Assembly: GCA_964106915.2 (NCBI GenBank)
Contig: OZ066925.1
Strand: one strand, 5' to 3'
From: Podarcis gaigeae
Lineage: Eukaryota
DNA: 64,000 bases
In this document: positions 49,065 to 62,667 of the stretch, piece by piece
Numbering within the stretch: position 1 is the stretch's first letter
Layout: each line of letters opens with the position of its first letter
Program-made: the position numbers and the translations under genes
Notes under the pieces: generated by a model
Told to the model about the DNA's origin: nothing
What the model saw: the letters and a program-made list of their open reading frames with translations, nothing else
The model's database searches: none

Positions 49065-50037
49065 TGTGGGATATATAGCTAGAGCATTCATGTCCAACAT
49101 TTCCTGCTTGCTAGAATGTGGCAAGAGGAATGTGGCTCCAAACAGGGAGGACTTCCTGCCATACCTGTTGAGAGCCACCTCCCCCTGAGTGTGACCAGGT
49201 AGATGGGCGTGACCCTAGCTGACACAAGTAAAAGGGCTGGGCACATAGCTGTCTTCCTATTTTTAGATCTCTCTTTTTGGACTTCTCTGGCTGTTAACCA
49301 ATACATGGCTCATCAATAACAAAGGATGTAAGCCCATGTTGTAAGTTTGAGGCTTAGCTCAGACTTCTCTTCTCTGCACTATAATCTACAGATGAACCTG
49401 TAAGAGATGCGAGTGGCACTGTGGGTTAGACCACAGAGCCTAGGGCTTGCTGATCAGAAGGTCGGCAGTTTGAATCCCCGCGATGGGGTGAGCTCCCGTT
49501 GCTCGGTCCCTGCTTCTGCCAACCTAGCAGTTTGAAAGCACGTCAAAGTGCAAGTAGATAAATAGGTACCACTCTGGCGGGAAGGTAAACGATGTTTCCA
49601 TGTGCTGCTCTGGTTCGCCAGAAGCGGCTTAATCATGCTGACCACATGACCCAGAAGCTGTACGCCGGCTCCCTGGGCCAGTAAAGCGAGATGAGCACCG
49701 CAACCCCAGAGTTGTCCGCGACTGGACCTAATGGTCAGGGGTCCCTTTACCTTTACTTGTAACTACAACTAAAGCCTGCCTTCAGTTGCTACTGAATGTG
49801 AGTAAACTGTGTTGTTATTATTTAAAGAGGAAAATAAAGGGGAAATTACCAGGAAGAATCCAGTCTGCACAAAGGGCTTCCTGGATTGCTTATTTAACAG
49901 ACTGAAACCAGTCATCAACAGCTTCACTATTTGCTGCAAGGAATGTGCTCTGCTGTATGCTTACTAGTGTGAGTGAGGAGGGATCATATCTAATTACCGG
50001 TAATATATCCTCTCCTACCTTCCTAAACATTCCTACA
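49065..50037 (+). mobile_element. Solo LTR interrupted by a Sauria SINE
   Basis: tgtgggatat...acattcctaca; TSD caggt / caggc; homologous to 36643 and 32549. Confidence 0.8.
49404..49756 (+). mobile_element. Full-length Sauria SINE
   Basis: Consensus head, body and ccctttacctttac tail. Confidence 0.95.
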
Positions 50038-50099
50038 CAGGCACCGAGCCAGACCCAGACTCCCATAAGCTAAGCTTCAGCAAAGTTAAATTCTGAATG

Positions 50100-50462
50100 G
50101 TTAGTTGGTGTCCATCTATCTCGGGAGACAATGGAGCACACCTTTGGGGTGAGGTCAATCTGTTGGAAGGTTGCAGTGCCTGCTGTGGCTGTAGAGACCA
50201 ATGCGGGAGAGTCATGTTTTGTTGCAGCTGGGGCAGATGAAGGTGTCCAGTTGTGCTGTTGCAGATGCACCATGGTGTTTCTTCTGTCTATGCTCCTCCC
50301 AGGAGTCATTCCTCCTCTGGTCACTGCTTTGGATACATGACGTGACTGCCTGTCTCCAGACACTACGGTTGTCTGCAAGAGAATCCCACGTGGAAGAGTT
50401 GATGTTGCCAGCATTCATGTCACACCTGCAGATACCTTTGTAACATAGAGTTTGTCTGCCAA
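50100..50462 (-). mobile_element. RTE-clade LINE 3' end
   Basis: Translation YKGICRCDM...WDSLADNRSVWRQAV...FICPSCNKT*LSRIGLYSH (C-terminal zinc-finger-like end of RTE ORFs) plus short 3' UTR. Confidence 0.85.
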
Positions 50463-51850
50463 TTGGCCAGCTCCCCGTAGAGCATGTCATTGGGGAAGGT
50501 GATATAAAACACATCCATGCAAACAACAGCAACAACATCCATACAACCAGCAGATTGGGGAGCAAAATTTAGCATAGTCAACCTTTTTGCCTATGGGAGC
50601 TTTCATAAATATGACTCACCACCCTTGGCATCTGTTGAAGTGATGCATGGAGGAATTCTACTACCTCTGTAGCACTTTGTTCAGATATATGATGGAGAAC
50701 ATTCAAAAATTGCGTTCCCCACCAACAATCTGAATTGATACAATCCATTTTGCTGTTTCATTTTCATAGTTCTGGCCTTATTTGATGGTTTATTTACTTA
50801 ATCACTCTTTTTTACAATCAGTTTTTCTAAAGGGGCTGACAAGGCAGAGGAGAGGGCATTCAGTGTAAGAAGGCAGCATAAAAACAATAGAAACCCACCT
50901 GGTGATATAAGTGGGCATAGTTAGCAATAGCAATAGAAACTTTATTTACCTCAGCCGATGGATATGTGGGCTTTTGGCCTCCACCGGGACTGGGTCAATA
51001 ATCTTTCTTCTTGAGGGACTAGGCTAGAGGTCCCCAACCTTTTCGGGCCTAGGAGCACATCTAAGAAACTGTCACCACAAAATACCCATTGCTCAAAATT
51101 TTCCCATCCAAACACAGACAACAGGCAGAACACCTACATACATCCCTCCTAAAAACACAGGCCAAAGGAGAAAAAACAGGCAACAACAACAAAATGGGAG
51201 GGCAGATGGCCTTGGCAGACACCAAGCAAGTGTGGAATGTCTGAGGACACCATGGAACCCTCACTTGAGGACCCCCAAACAAGGATTTAAGCATTATTTT
51301 AGTGCTTCTCAGAGATGTGGATGTGATGGTAACATCAGACATGTGGGTTGGGCGTCCTTTGTGCATTTTATTGTCTGTTACTCCAATTTTATTTCTTTTG
51401 TTCTGAAAACAAAAAAGGAAGGAGGGGCTTGTGTCTGAATTGCACAAGTTGGATCCCTTTCCCCTATCCTTCTTTGGTAGGTATCTGTTCTGTACTTCTG
51501 CCTCACCTGACCATAGAATATTTATGGCATGAGTGCATAAAATATGCTTTTAATTTAAAAGTGCTGTTTCCCCCACTGAAGATGCAACAGTGTGTGTTCC
51601 AACAGGTCAGAGTCCACATGCTGCTTCATTAATCCCCATCCAGGGTTGCACATTATTTGTAGCAATTTAGTCAGCGGAGGTCAATTAGAACTTATGCTGT
51701 ATAGAAAACCTTGCATAATTTATACCACCCGTGAGAAACAGGCTGCTTTCTTGTGGAAAAATGCACAAATGTGGAAGATGCAAAGCTTCCTGCAGTGTTT
51801 CAGGCTGAAGTTGAATCCTTGCTAAGCAAAGGTGCTTCTAGGAAGTGTCT

Positions 51851-51963
51851 AGGAAGTGTCTGCGGACAGCGCTGGCTCCCGGCCTCTAGAGTGAGATGAG
51901 CGCACAACCCTAGAGTCTGTCAAGACGGGCCCATACGGGCAGGGGTACCTTTACCTTTACCTT
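51851..51963 (+). mobile_element. 5'-truncated Sauria-type SINE (different subfamily)
   Basis: gagatgagcgcacaaccctagagtc...caggggtacctttacctttacctt. Confidence 0.75.
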
Positions 51964-52072
51964 GGGCTCTAGGTAGGGCCACCCTTGAAGTTTGGAGATT
52001 TCAGCTGGTGGAAAATGGAGTTGCTTTTGCTCGATCTGACAGCGAGAGACCCTATATCACCAGTATACAAAG

Positions 52073-52248
52073 ACGCCCTCCCATCAGATGTCAAAGCGAT
52101 AAACAACTACCTGAAATTCAGAAGACATCTTAAGGCAGTCCTGTTCAGGGAAGTTTTTAATGTGTGGTATTTTAGTGTATTTTTGGTTTCTATGGAAGCC
52201 GTCCAGAGTGGCTGGGGAAACCCAGCCAGATGGGCGGGGTACAAATAA

Positions 52249-52292
<44 letters not shown>

Positions 52293-52293
52293 C
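52073..52293 (+). mobile_element. L2 LINE 3' end with (ATT)n tail
   Basis: gccctcccatcagatgtcaaag...cagagtggctggggaaacccagccagatgggcgggg; an older L2 remnant follows at ~52340-52740. Confidence 0.88.
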
Positions 52294-54584
52294 ATCTGTA
52301 TCAACTCTGAGCCTGAGTCATGGTTTTGATTCTGACTTATGAAGCCCTGAACATCTTAAGGCCCCATTACCTGAAGGAGTGCCTCTCCCCATACCATTTT
52401 GCCTGTGATGTGAGACCTTCCGAGGCTTCATCACTGAGTGAAATGCAGGGGCCTGTGACCCACTGAAAGGCCTTTTCAGCAATAGCACCCCTATTATGGA
52501 ATTCACTCCCTCCCCACCAGAGGTCCAGGTGCATACTTTTGGGCACTAGCTAAATACTTGTCTTTTTCAGCAGGGTTTTGAATGCTGAGCTCTGGCCTGT
52601 ATCGTAATATGTGCCCAAATAGATGGAGCTTATTTACTGTGTTGAATTGCTTGATTTTGTTTTGTTTTTGTTTTTACTTATTTTTCATTGCTGTAAACTG
52701 CCCTTGGGCCTTTTGACAAAGGGGGCAGGATATAAGTTTAAAAAAACACACAAAAGAAAAATATAGCACAAAGATGACCAAAAAAACCAACAACGATAAA
52801 ATAATTTGATTTAGTCCAAAGGAACAGTAAAGGATTTACAGCATGCTAGAACATTGAGAGAGACAGATTAAAATCCCTTTTTACTCTCCAAGCCTGCTGG
52901 GTGGTCTATCGCTCAGCCTAACCTTCCCCTTACAGGTGGGGCCAGGCAGGGATCTCAAAGCACTTTGGAATGTACTTTAGAAATTATTCATAATAATTTT
53001 AAAATGCATCCTAGCCATCCATGCTTATTATGCTCTTTGCTTGCCATGTTCATTATAAATACAGGTGATTAGAGTGTCTGCTGAGGATAAATAAGTTGTC
53101 AGTTTTGCTTAAAGAAAAATAGGTGCTTTCCTGGAGATGTCCTGGCTGAGGTTTGAAATATGAAATTGACCTGAGTGATGAACACAAATGAACTTAGGTG
53201 CCCCTCACTCACTAAACCAGGGGTGGGGAACCTCTGGCTCAGGGCTCACATGCGACCCCCAGGCCTTTCTGTTTGCCCCTTAGGTCTTCCTCCTGGCTTT
53301 TGACACTTGAGATGTATGTTTTTAGGGCATGATTGTAAGTTGTTTTATACTGTTTCTTGTACTGTGTTCTAGTTGTTGGGGCTTTAGGATGAAGGATGTA
53401 ATAAATTCTTCCTCCAGTTGCTCATGTGGTGGCCATTGCTGGACTAGACCATTCACTAAGATGGTTGGGCAATTGCTCCTTCAGACATTGCATTTTGAAT
53501 GCATTCCCATTAAATGTTTAATACGTGCATTCAACTAACACATGTTTCCAGTCACAAAAGGTGTGTGGTCCAGAAAGCTATGATTGGCTATGGCTTCCTG
53601 TTTTGTGTAGGAGCATGTAATGTATGCAACGCCCCTAAGTGGTTTAGGATTGCAATCTTCTAATCTCCCTCTCTGTGTTCCTTCCCAAGTGCAGACCTGT
53701 GCTTGCCTCACTTGGCAGCACAGAGGCAAATGTTTGCCAGACATCTGTTGCACATTCAACTGCAGTCGGATTTCTAATCTACAAGTTAGTTCTTCCAGGT
53801 CCCTTTTGTCATAAATTATATACCTCATCCCCTCTTCAATTTAGTAAGTCCTCAAAGAAGGATCACATCTGAATAAACTTCACTTCAAAGCTAATGATTT
53901 AGCCCTGCTTATTAAAATGTAGATCTGTTAAGAGGTTGTTCCTAATCAGGTGGAGTAATGAAGGAGTCTTTTATAGGCTTGATGGCATTGAAGTCTGGAT
54001 TTTTGCAATGTTCCATTTTCTGGTCAACAAAAATGACAGGCAATTAAAGCCAAAGAACTTGTATGCCTGAAGAGTGAGCGAAAATGAGAGATGAACCGGT
54101 GTCTGGCCAGAGATTAAAATGAAAAGCAGGACTTTATTTAACTATAAACTGACAGGTGAAACAGCCCAGGAGGAAGCGCTAGGAGTGATTTGGGGACACA
54201 GTTCTTGAATTGCAAATTTTAATTTCCCTCCGTGCTAGAATGGGAATGGGAGTTACGCAATCGTCCCTTAATATCCCTCCCAGCTGTGGAGAACAATCAC
54301 ATCTGGCAGAGAACATCGCAGTGGAATTATATTACGGCTGCACGGTTACTAAATGCTAAACTGCAAATATATGTTCAACTAACTTAACTGGAGAAGAGGA
54401 ATAGATCTAATGTGTCATGTGGAAATGAACTAGCTGGAGAGGAGAATGAGGGAGGAAAAGAGTCAATTACTGAGATAAAAGAGAGAGAAGTTTTACAATT
54501 TTCTTGCCTTAAGAGCCTCAACTTACTTGAAGCGAACAGAGTTAAAGTTAATATCCATGGATTGCTGCTGCATCATTAGATATG

Positions 54585-54720
54585 GGGAAGGACTGTAGCT
54601 CAATGTTGGAGCGCTTGCTTTGCATGCAGAAGGCACAAACTTCAATCACCCTTGCCTCTGCACAGGGCTCGTCAAAGACTCCTTGTCTGAAACCTTGGAG
54701 AGCCAGTTGATAAGTGATAC
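54585..54720 (+). mobile_element. Squam3-like SINE (5' part)
   Basis: gggaaggactgtagctcaatgttggagcgcttgctttgcatgcagaagg...aaagactccttgtctgaaaccttggagagcc. Confidence 0.75.
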
Positions 54721-54819
54721 TGTTTCCAACGGTAGTCAACCAAAGCCTCTGCTAAACCAGTAAGCCAGGAGTGAAGATAGCAGCACTCTCCCATTATTTA
54801 TACCCCACATTTAATATTT

Positions 54820-55618
54820 ATTGAGGTTGAATCCTGACAAGACAGAAGTACTGTTTTGGGGGGATAGGGGGTGGGCTGGTGTGGAGGACTCCCTGGTCCT
54901 GAATGGGGTAACTGTGCCCCTGAAGGACCAGGTGCGCAGCCTGGGAGTCATTTTGGACTCACACCTGTCCATGGAGGCGCAGGTCAATTCTGTGTCCAGG
55001 GCAGCTGTCTACCAGCTCCATGTGGTACGCAGGCTGAGACCCTACCTGCCTGTGGATTGTCTTGCCAGAGTGGTGCATGCTCTGGCTATCTCCCGCTTGG
55101 ACTACTGCAATGAGCTCTACATGGGGCTTCCTTTGAAGGTGATCCAGAAACCACAACTATGGCAGCTGTGTGGCAGCTAGACTGGTGACTAGGAGTGGCC
55201 GCTGAGACCGCATAACACTGGTCTTGAAAGACCTACATTGGCTCCCAGTACATTTCTGAGCACAATTCAAAGTGTTGGTGCTGACCTTTAAAGCCCTAAA
55301 TGGCCTCTGCCCAGTATACCTGAAGGGCCTTCTGGCGGTTCCCTCACTGCGAGAAGTGAGGTTACAGGGAACCAGGCAGAGGGCCTTCTCAGCAGTGGTG
55401 CCCGCCTTGTGGAAGGCCCTCCCATCAGATGTCAAAGAATTAAACAACTAGCTCATGTTCAGAAGACATCTGAAGGCAGCCCTGTTTAGGGAAGTTTTTA
55501 ATGACTGATGTTTTAGTGTATTTTTTATATTTTGTTGGAAGCTGCCCAGAGTGGCTGGGAAAACCCAGCCAGATGGGTGGAGTATAAATAATAAATTATC
55601 ATCATCATCATCATTATT
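54820..55618 (+). mobile_element. L2 LINE 3' fragment (RT C-terminus and 3' UTR)
   Basis: LRLNPDKTEVL...VRSLGVILDS...RRLRPYL...SRLDYCN is the canonical L2 ORF2 end; frameshifted afterwards. Confidence 0.92.
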
Positions 55619-58007
55619 TATAAATATACTGCTCTTGAGCATGGGGTTTCATTAAGCTATCATGGCTCACTAGTGTGGAGAGACAAAGTCTCCATGACTG
55701 GCTGTCATCCAGTTTAACAGCCATCTCAGCCAGTGACTTTCACAGCTTGTGGCAGCAAATTTCATGTTAGTAACCTGGGAAGTTCTGGAGGTCCATGGCT
55801 CCCCCCCCCCCCAAGAATACATACTATGTGTTTGGAACAAAGCATTACAGTCAGTAAATGGTTGTGGCATACTGCCCTGGTTTCTTCTCATTTTGAGAGC
55901 GAGACCTAGTGTGAGTCAGTTGACAGTAGTGAGTAATAGGCCACAGCTGGGAGATTTCAAGACAGTTGTGCTAGCCAGTTTGAAGGTAACCATTTTTAAA
56001 GCTGGAAAATAAGACTCTTGGGGAGCACGCCAAGAGAAGGCTGGTCATGTGAGCTTGGCGAGGCCCTGGGAACACTCACGAGGAACCAGAAGTTGGACAA
56101 AACTTTCCTCAGTCGGTCTTCTAGGGATGGATGTTAAGAAATAGGTTGATGAATTGTCTTGAAATGACTGAAGTGATCGTTCTAGCTGTGACTTCAGCTT
56201 AACAAAAACTCTGCTACCTTCAAACTCTTCCTTAAAATAATAATAATATACTAATGATTATTTGAAAAGTGTCAAAAGAAGGCCACATACAGGATGCATT
56301 AAACAACAACAGCTTTAATACAAAATGGTTTATGGAGAGAACACCATGCAGCAGATTGCTGCTTGCAAAAGAGCCCACATCTGCACTATATATTTAAAGC
56401 AGTATTATATCATGGCTTCCCCCAAAGGATCATGGGAGCTGTAGTTTCTAAAGGGTGCTGAGAGTTATTAGGATACCTTTATTCTCCTCACAGAGCTACA
56501 ATTTCTAGAGTGGTTTAAGAATCAACCCCTCTTTCCAGGTGATTGGAGAAGAAAGTGTTTGTGGTTTTGTTTAAAAAAGCTCAACAATTTTGGGGTGCCC
56601 TGGTTTTTACTTTTCTATACATCTCCATTTCCAGTGCCTCCCAAATCTATTTTCAAATGCACAAACTGCAGGGTTACACAGAATCAATATACAATTTTTA
56701 TTTTTGGAATGAAGCCACTCTCTCAAGAAGTACATCTCAGGGACAAGCAATATGCAGAGATGAAGACTGTGTGTGCACTATGTAGAAAATGCAAGTGGCC
56801 AAACTCCATTGGTTCTGGAATAAAATATGTAAAGCGGGTCTGTTACTACTCACTTCCTTGGCACAGACAAAGTTTGTGTACAGAAAGTGAAGAAAGAGGA
56901 AAAGGTGTACAGTGGCAAGGGACTCATCGGTGTTAAATTCCATTGCCAGTTATGTGATTCAAAAAAGACTGTAAGCAACATATGGACAGTTACATAAAAT
57001 GCAAAGCCTACTGAGAAAAGAGAGGCTGCAGTTCTGACAATGGCCTTTTCTAAACTGCATATTCTGAAACAAAGCTGCTATTTCATGGTATTTCAGACTG
57101 AGGAGTTAATCGTGCCAGAGTTCAGGCAGCCAGAAATCTGTCAGACTCAATCCCAGTGCAACCCAACATTCTTTCCAATCCCCTTACTTTGTATTGTTCC
57201 GGAATTTTCCAGCAAAGCACAAGTCAACTAGCTGGGTCTTAAAACGGAGCAGTTCATCTTAACTGCAGCTGACATTTGCATTCTGAAGAGGAATCCTGCT
57301 TTCACGCTCTGTTATCCTCCATTTGGTTGAAAGGGCCTGCACTGTGCTCTTCCAAAATAAATTCTAAAAGTTACCGAATCAAGTGCAATAAATGTAAAAT
57401 GAACATATGGAAACACTTAAGGTATATTGACATGAGGAGAAAAGCGTTGAGTCGTTTCTCTGGGTTCAGCTTCAGATGGCCGCGTGGTGAGAGGAGGATA
57501 CGTTTTTATCAGCTTTAGACTGGTGGTCCCCTTTAGAATTGTGAACTGTTGTAACATTTCTTATCAATCCAGAAAACATTTCCTTCTGACTTGGGGGTGG
57601 GTGGGGGTGGGGCTTGGTGGGATGGTAGGAAAATCACTTCTGATTCCTTTAAAAACAGTAACAGTGGAACAATCTCATTTTGACAGAACCTTGTCATTCA
57701 GCAATTTCACTCTGAAAGCAGTTATCTGAGATACCTCAGGTCAGGCATGAGTAACTGGTGGCTAGACAGATCCTGGAGCTCCAATAGGTCTTTTATTGAT
57801 CGCCAACCCAGCGGAGGTGTGGATAAAAAGAATATTAGGGCACTGCTCTGAAATTGCTGGAAACTATGGGCGGTGTGTGTGCTCTTGTGCTTGGGTCCTT
57901 CTCGTGGGTTTCCCACAGGCATCTGGGTGACCAATGTGAATACAGGATGCTGGACTATATGGGTCACTGGCCTGATCCAGCAGGCTCTTCTTGTGTTCTT
58001 ATTTAAA

Positions 58008-58129
58008 GCAGGGCTGGTGACCCTCTGACCCTCCAGAGGTTTTTGGACTACATCACTGACCATACTCACTGGGGCTGATGGGAGTTGAAGTTCAACAACA
58101 CCTGCAAAACTGCAGGCTCACCAGCCCTA
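58008..58129. mobile_element. Degenerate hAT palindromic MITE
   Basis: agggctggtga / tcaccagccct inverted ends; ccctccaga...ggactac...gatgggagttg interior. Confidence 0.65.
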
Positions 58130-59821
58130 ATTTAAAAGTAAAATGCTATTCTATTCATATTGTTTCAGCGCTTTACTGGCTGAGGATCCTGCAAGCATCT
58201 TAAGTTTGGAATCGTTTTATTTCACGCATCTTCTATATCTCAGCAATTTCAAACTTCCTGCTTTCTTTTAGTACAAAATTGTGAGAAGTGCTTTAAGAAA
58301 CCCACTACGTTCTCCTTTTCCCCCCAGAGGAAATACTTTGGGGAGACTAATGTTGCTTATTGGATTGTTTTACATTATAGCTCCAGTACAGACATACCTC
58401 CATGCATCTTAAAAATGAATTTTGATGTGCTTAGACCTTTGTTACAACAACAACCCCCAGAAAAGGTCGCGGGTAATTAAGTTCCAGTCTGCAAATTCAA
58501 CCTCTAGGTGGGACCAGATCAGTTTGTATCCGAATCCACAAATGTTGGATTCCACTAGCATCCATAGTCTGGGGTTTATAGAATTATAGAGTTGGAAGGT
58601 CCAGCACTAAACTGCAATATTTTGATCACTGGAGCTCCGAAACACAACACCTAATTGGAACGCATGACTATCTGTGTGACAGCTGTTTCATAGTGGGGTT
58701 CAGAAGGGGCTCCTGGCTGTTGTATCTTATGATCCTTATCCCAATGGTTTTTCTACTTCAAAACAGTGTAGGAGGGAAACGGAAACCTGGTGGGAAAGAG
58801 AGCAGGTTGAGCTATGCTGAAAGCTCAGTAAAAACCCTTGTTTGAAGCGATTAATTTGGTGACCTCTGGCCATAAGGCAGACCTCCAATTTGCAAAGCAG
58901 AGGACTGAATGAAGGGGTGGGGGAAGGATGGAAGCAATCTATTCATGAGAGAATGGTTGAATAGAAAACGTTTTGCTCTTGTCTCTCCACCCATACTGCT
59001 TGCTTGTAGAATAAACAGGATTATTACTTACATTGGTAGTTGAGATCAAGCATTTGCTTCTGGTCCGATAAAAATAGACATAGGCCTTAGCACTGTCCCA
59101 TCTCCACCCCTCCTCGGCTGCTACTTTATCTATTAGAAAGGTACTTGACAAAGCATTGTAAAGATAATACTGAAATCAGACAGTGGCATTTCCTTATGGG
59201 TACTGGTCTCAGAAGTTGTAATATGCTTGTGATGTGAAATAGATAGGAGGCTGCTCAGGGGTTGCAGCATCCTCTGCTTGAATTGCCCTATAAAAATCTC
59301 TTTGCAAATGATAATCTACCATCTATAGTTATAAGCCTTTAAGCCGCTTATTCTGTTTTTGTGGGTTGGTGTTGTTTTCTTTAGCCTAAATATGCAACCA
59401 ACTGGCAACAAATTCGCACCAAGGAGTCGCGTAATAAAATCTCAAATTAACTCCACAGGAATAAATCTTAAAAGGCCGCAGAGGATCCTGACATTTGTTT
59501 CAGATAGTAAAACCATAAAGCTTGTTTGCTTGCAAACCAACGGTCTTGTTTTCAGCAAAGCCTTTGGCGTGGCGTCTTTAAACTGGCAACATAAAAAATG
59601 GCTTCAAAACTATGTTTGGCTATTGATGAAAATGATGAGAGTGACATTTTCACATTTTGCTTTCCATTTTTGCATTATTATAGTTCATAACTATATGTAT
59701 TTATATATGGCATTTCTGTGCCACCCCATAACATAAAGTTCTCTGGCTGGCTTACAATATATATATATTTTTAAAAAAAGAAAGAAATGCAAACTAAAGC
59801 ATAAAACCAATTAAGAAAAAA

Positions 59822-60137
59822 GGGACGCGGGTGGCGCTGTGGGTTAGGTGGTTTGAATCCCCGCGACGGGGTGATCTCCCATTGCTCAGTACCTGCTCCT
59901 GCCAACCTAGCAGTTCGAAAGCACGTCAAAGTGCAAGTAGATAAATAGGTACCGCTCTGGGAAGAAGGTAAATGACATTTCTGTGTGCTGGTCTGGTTCG
60001 CCAGAAGCGGCTTAGTCATGCTGGCCACATGACCCAGAAGCTGTACGCCGGCTCCCTTGGCCAATAAAGCAAGATAAGCGCTGCAACCCCAAAGTCGGCC
60101 ACGACTGGACTTATTGGTCAGGGGTCCCTTTACCTTT
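59822..60137 (+). mobile_element. Sauria SINE with ~30-bp internal deletion in the tRNA region
   Basis: gggacgcgggtggcgctgtgggtt joined directly to aggtggtttgaatcc; tail ccctttaccttt; TSD aattaagaaaaa / aattaaggaaaa. Confidence 0.93.
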
Positions 60138-61864
60138 AATTAAGGAAAAGGGGGGTGACATGAATGCAACAAGTGGCCCAGATTTCCTAAGTTGTTCACA
60201 AACCTGGGTGAACACTGAAGTCTTCACTTGGCATTGCAAAGCCTACACGGATTCCCTCACTTCGTAACTTAGGTGCCACTACTGAAAAGGTGAGGGGATC
60301 CAGAGCAGGATCTCGAAAGGAGCTCTTAAAGTTGGAGTAATGGGGGGAGTCAGTCTTTCAGGTAGTCTGGCCAAAGCTATTCAAGGCTTTAAGGTTTAAA
60401 ATCAGTCCTTTAACCCAGAAATGGACTGGAGTCACTTGATGACCTGTTGATTGAGTATGCATACTGATTGGTTTGCACAAGGTTTGTAAGGAGGTTTTAT
60501 AATGCTGGGTAGCTGCTTCTTGCTTGTGTTGGACGGAGGACAGAGAGAGATGTGTGAGCAAATTTGTTGCTCCACATACTTCCTTTTTCTGACACCACCC
60601 AGTACTGCCGTGTGGTTCCTGCAGAAGGCGGAGAAAGATTCCCCACCCCTGTTATAAATACATAAGATGCACAAACCAAGGGGTAAGGAGCAGCAATAGA
60701 TATTGTCATTTTATCAACTTTATAAAAGTAAATCATAATTGGTGAGACATGCCAGTAAATGTACCATTCAGATCTCATACTTGGCAAAGAGGGCATTGGA
60801 TTTAATGTGTCTTGTTCCCAGTTAAGGGAGCATACCACTGTAACCTTAATATTTTGTCATTTTGTAAACATTAGGAGAGAAATAAGATTTGAACTCATAT
60901 CGATATAAACATGTCTACCTTGGGTTATTGATCGTAAAACTTCCTCTTCTAGTTAATCTGAAATTAGTGTGGGATAAACATATAGCTTTATAAATGGGAG
61001 GACTGTTTTTATAGGCTTACATTTATATAGTGGAGCTGAAATTCACCTGGACACAGTCCAGCTAGAGCCAAACCCTTTTTCACGCTCCGTTGAATTCAGC
61101 AGGAGGCATTTAGTGCATGCTTAATTTTCCATTAAAATCAAAAAGATTTACTGTGCAACTTTACCCAGAAGTAAGCCCATTTAATGTGCTTGCTCTCAGG
61201 TAAATGTGCCTAGGCTTGCAGCTGTTAAGTGTGCTTAGCTTTGCTGGGTCATGCTTATTATTAATTTTTTAAAAACCCAGTGCATGATTTGTGAAAGTAG
61301 CAAATGGAGACTAAAGAGATGGAGCCCTGGTGTCACATGACACACCACCATCCACATATGGCAAGTGCAGATTAAAGCTGAGACAGACAGCTACAAGTGG
61401 GAATTAAGTGCAGTGCTAACACAGACTCTGTAACAGGTTCTTAGCAGCAGGAAAGACTTATGTCAAACCTCTAATGTACAAGGATGTTAATGGAAACAAA
61501 ACACTGTAACAATGTTGATTTATTGGGTCAGGCACATCAAGACTTTAATAAGCGAATCTTTGACACAATCCCGTATAATGGCTATCTGGGCCTTTTCCAA
61601 TGTATCATGTCACTCTGGTTTGGCCTGCTTTCACAGTTATTGTGGCTGCGATCCAATGCTTGATGCTTGGTTTTCAAAACAAAGATGTGGGGTGTATATG
61701 TGTGCGTGCGTGCGCCTGCTAGTGTTCATTTCTTCATGTTGAACTCGGTGATCTGGTGGACTGGCTGCTGAATTTTCAATTCAAGTTTCCCAGCAATGTG
61801 TGGGGCTTTAGCAGAGTTGTCTTCCCAAATACTCCTGTGGGAAAGCAGTGCTTTGAAAGGATTC

Positions 61865-61878
61865 AGTAGTAGTAGTAA

Positions 61879-61919
<41 letters not shown>

Positions 61920-61958
61920 ATTGTGCCCCACCCATCTGACTGGGTTGCCCCAGCCACT
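61865..61958 (-). mobile_element. L2 3' terminus with (TAC)n tail
   Basis: ccccacccatctgactgggttgccccagccact preceded by (AGT)n. Confidence 0.75.
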
Positions 61959-62119
61959 ACTTTGTAAATACATGCATACAAGTCATAAACGAAAAGTAAA
62001 AAGCTGTTGCCTCCATAGGTGATGTTCTTACATAAACCAAAAACCCTTTAAAAGCCTATTGTTTGATATTGTGGTGGAAGGGACATATTGGTGATCACCA
62101 GGCCCCTCATAAATAACAG

Positions 62120-62440
62120 CATAGTTTTCTAGTATCCTATTTAATGAAATTGATTTTTTTTTAGCTTTCTTGGAAGTGAAGTCCTCAATCAAATCACTGT
62201 AATCCAAACCTCTCCCAATTTTATGTTCATCTGAAATCAGTGCTAATCCTACTAAGCGTTCTTGCAACAAAGAAGAGGACAGGGTTTTTGTTTTGTTTGT
62301 TTGTTTATCAGGTTCAGCTTTGAAAATGACCTCTCACCGGACGGTACAGTGGGAATAATGTCATGTACAACACAGTTACAGGTACAGTGGGAATAATGTC
62401 ATGTACTACACATAAATTGGGGGTAAATATCTTGAATTTT
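62120..62440 (-). pseudogene. Fossil hAT transposase C-terminal dimerisation domain (Tip100/Zaphod, ZMYM1-like)
   Basis: Minus-strand pieces TVPVTV...SGERSFSKLNLI...LQERLVGLALIS...LDYSDLIEDFTSKKAKK; disrupted by a ~38-bp tandem duplication and an A-rich tract. Confidence 0.8.
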
Positions 62441-62667
62441 ACACATGAATAAACTGAAGGGCTGGCAAAGCTCTGCATTGATTATATAAGCTAAACAAAA
62501 AACAAAAAAAGATTGATCTCACTTTCTTTTGTTGCAGTTTCATTTTTATGACACCCCTCGCCCCCGTTCCTTGTAGAGCTAAATTTCTCTAAAAATTGCT
62601 CTTAAAAAAAGAACTGCAACAAGGGTAAAAGTATCATAATACATTCATTATTATCAGTCTGCAAGTG

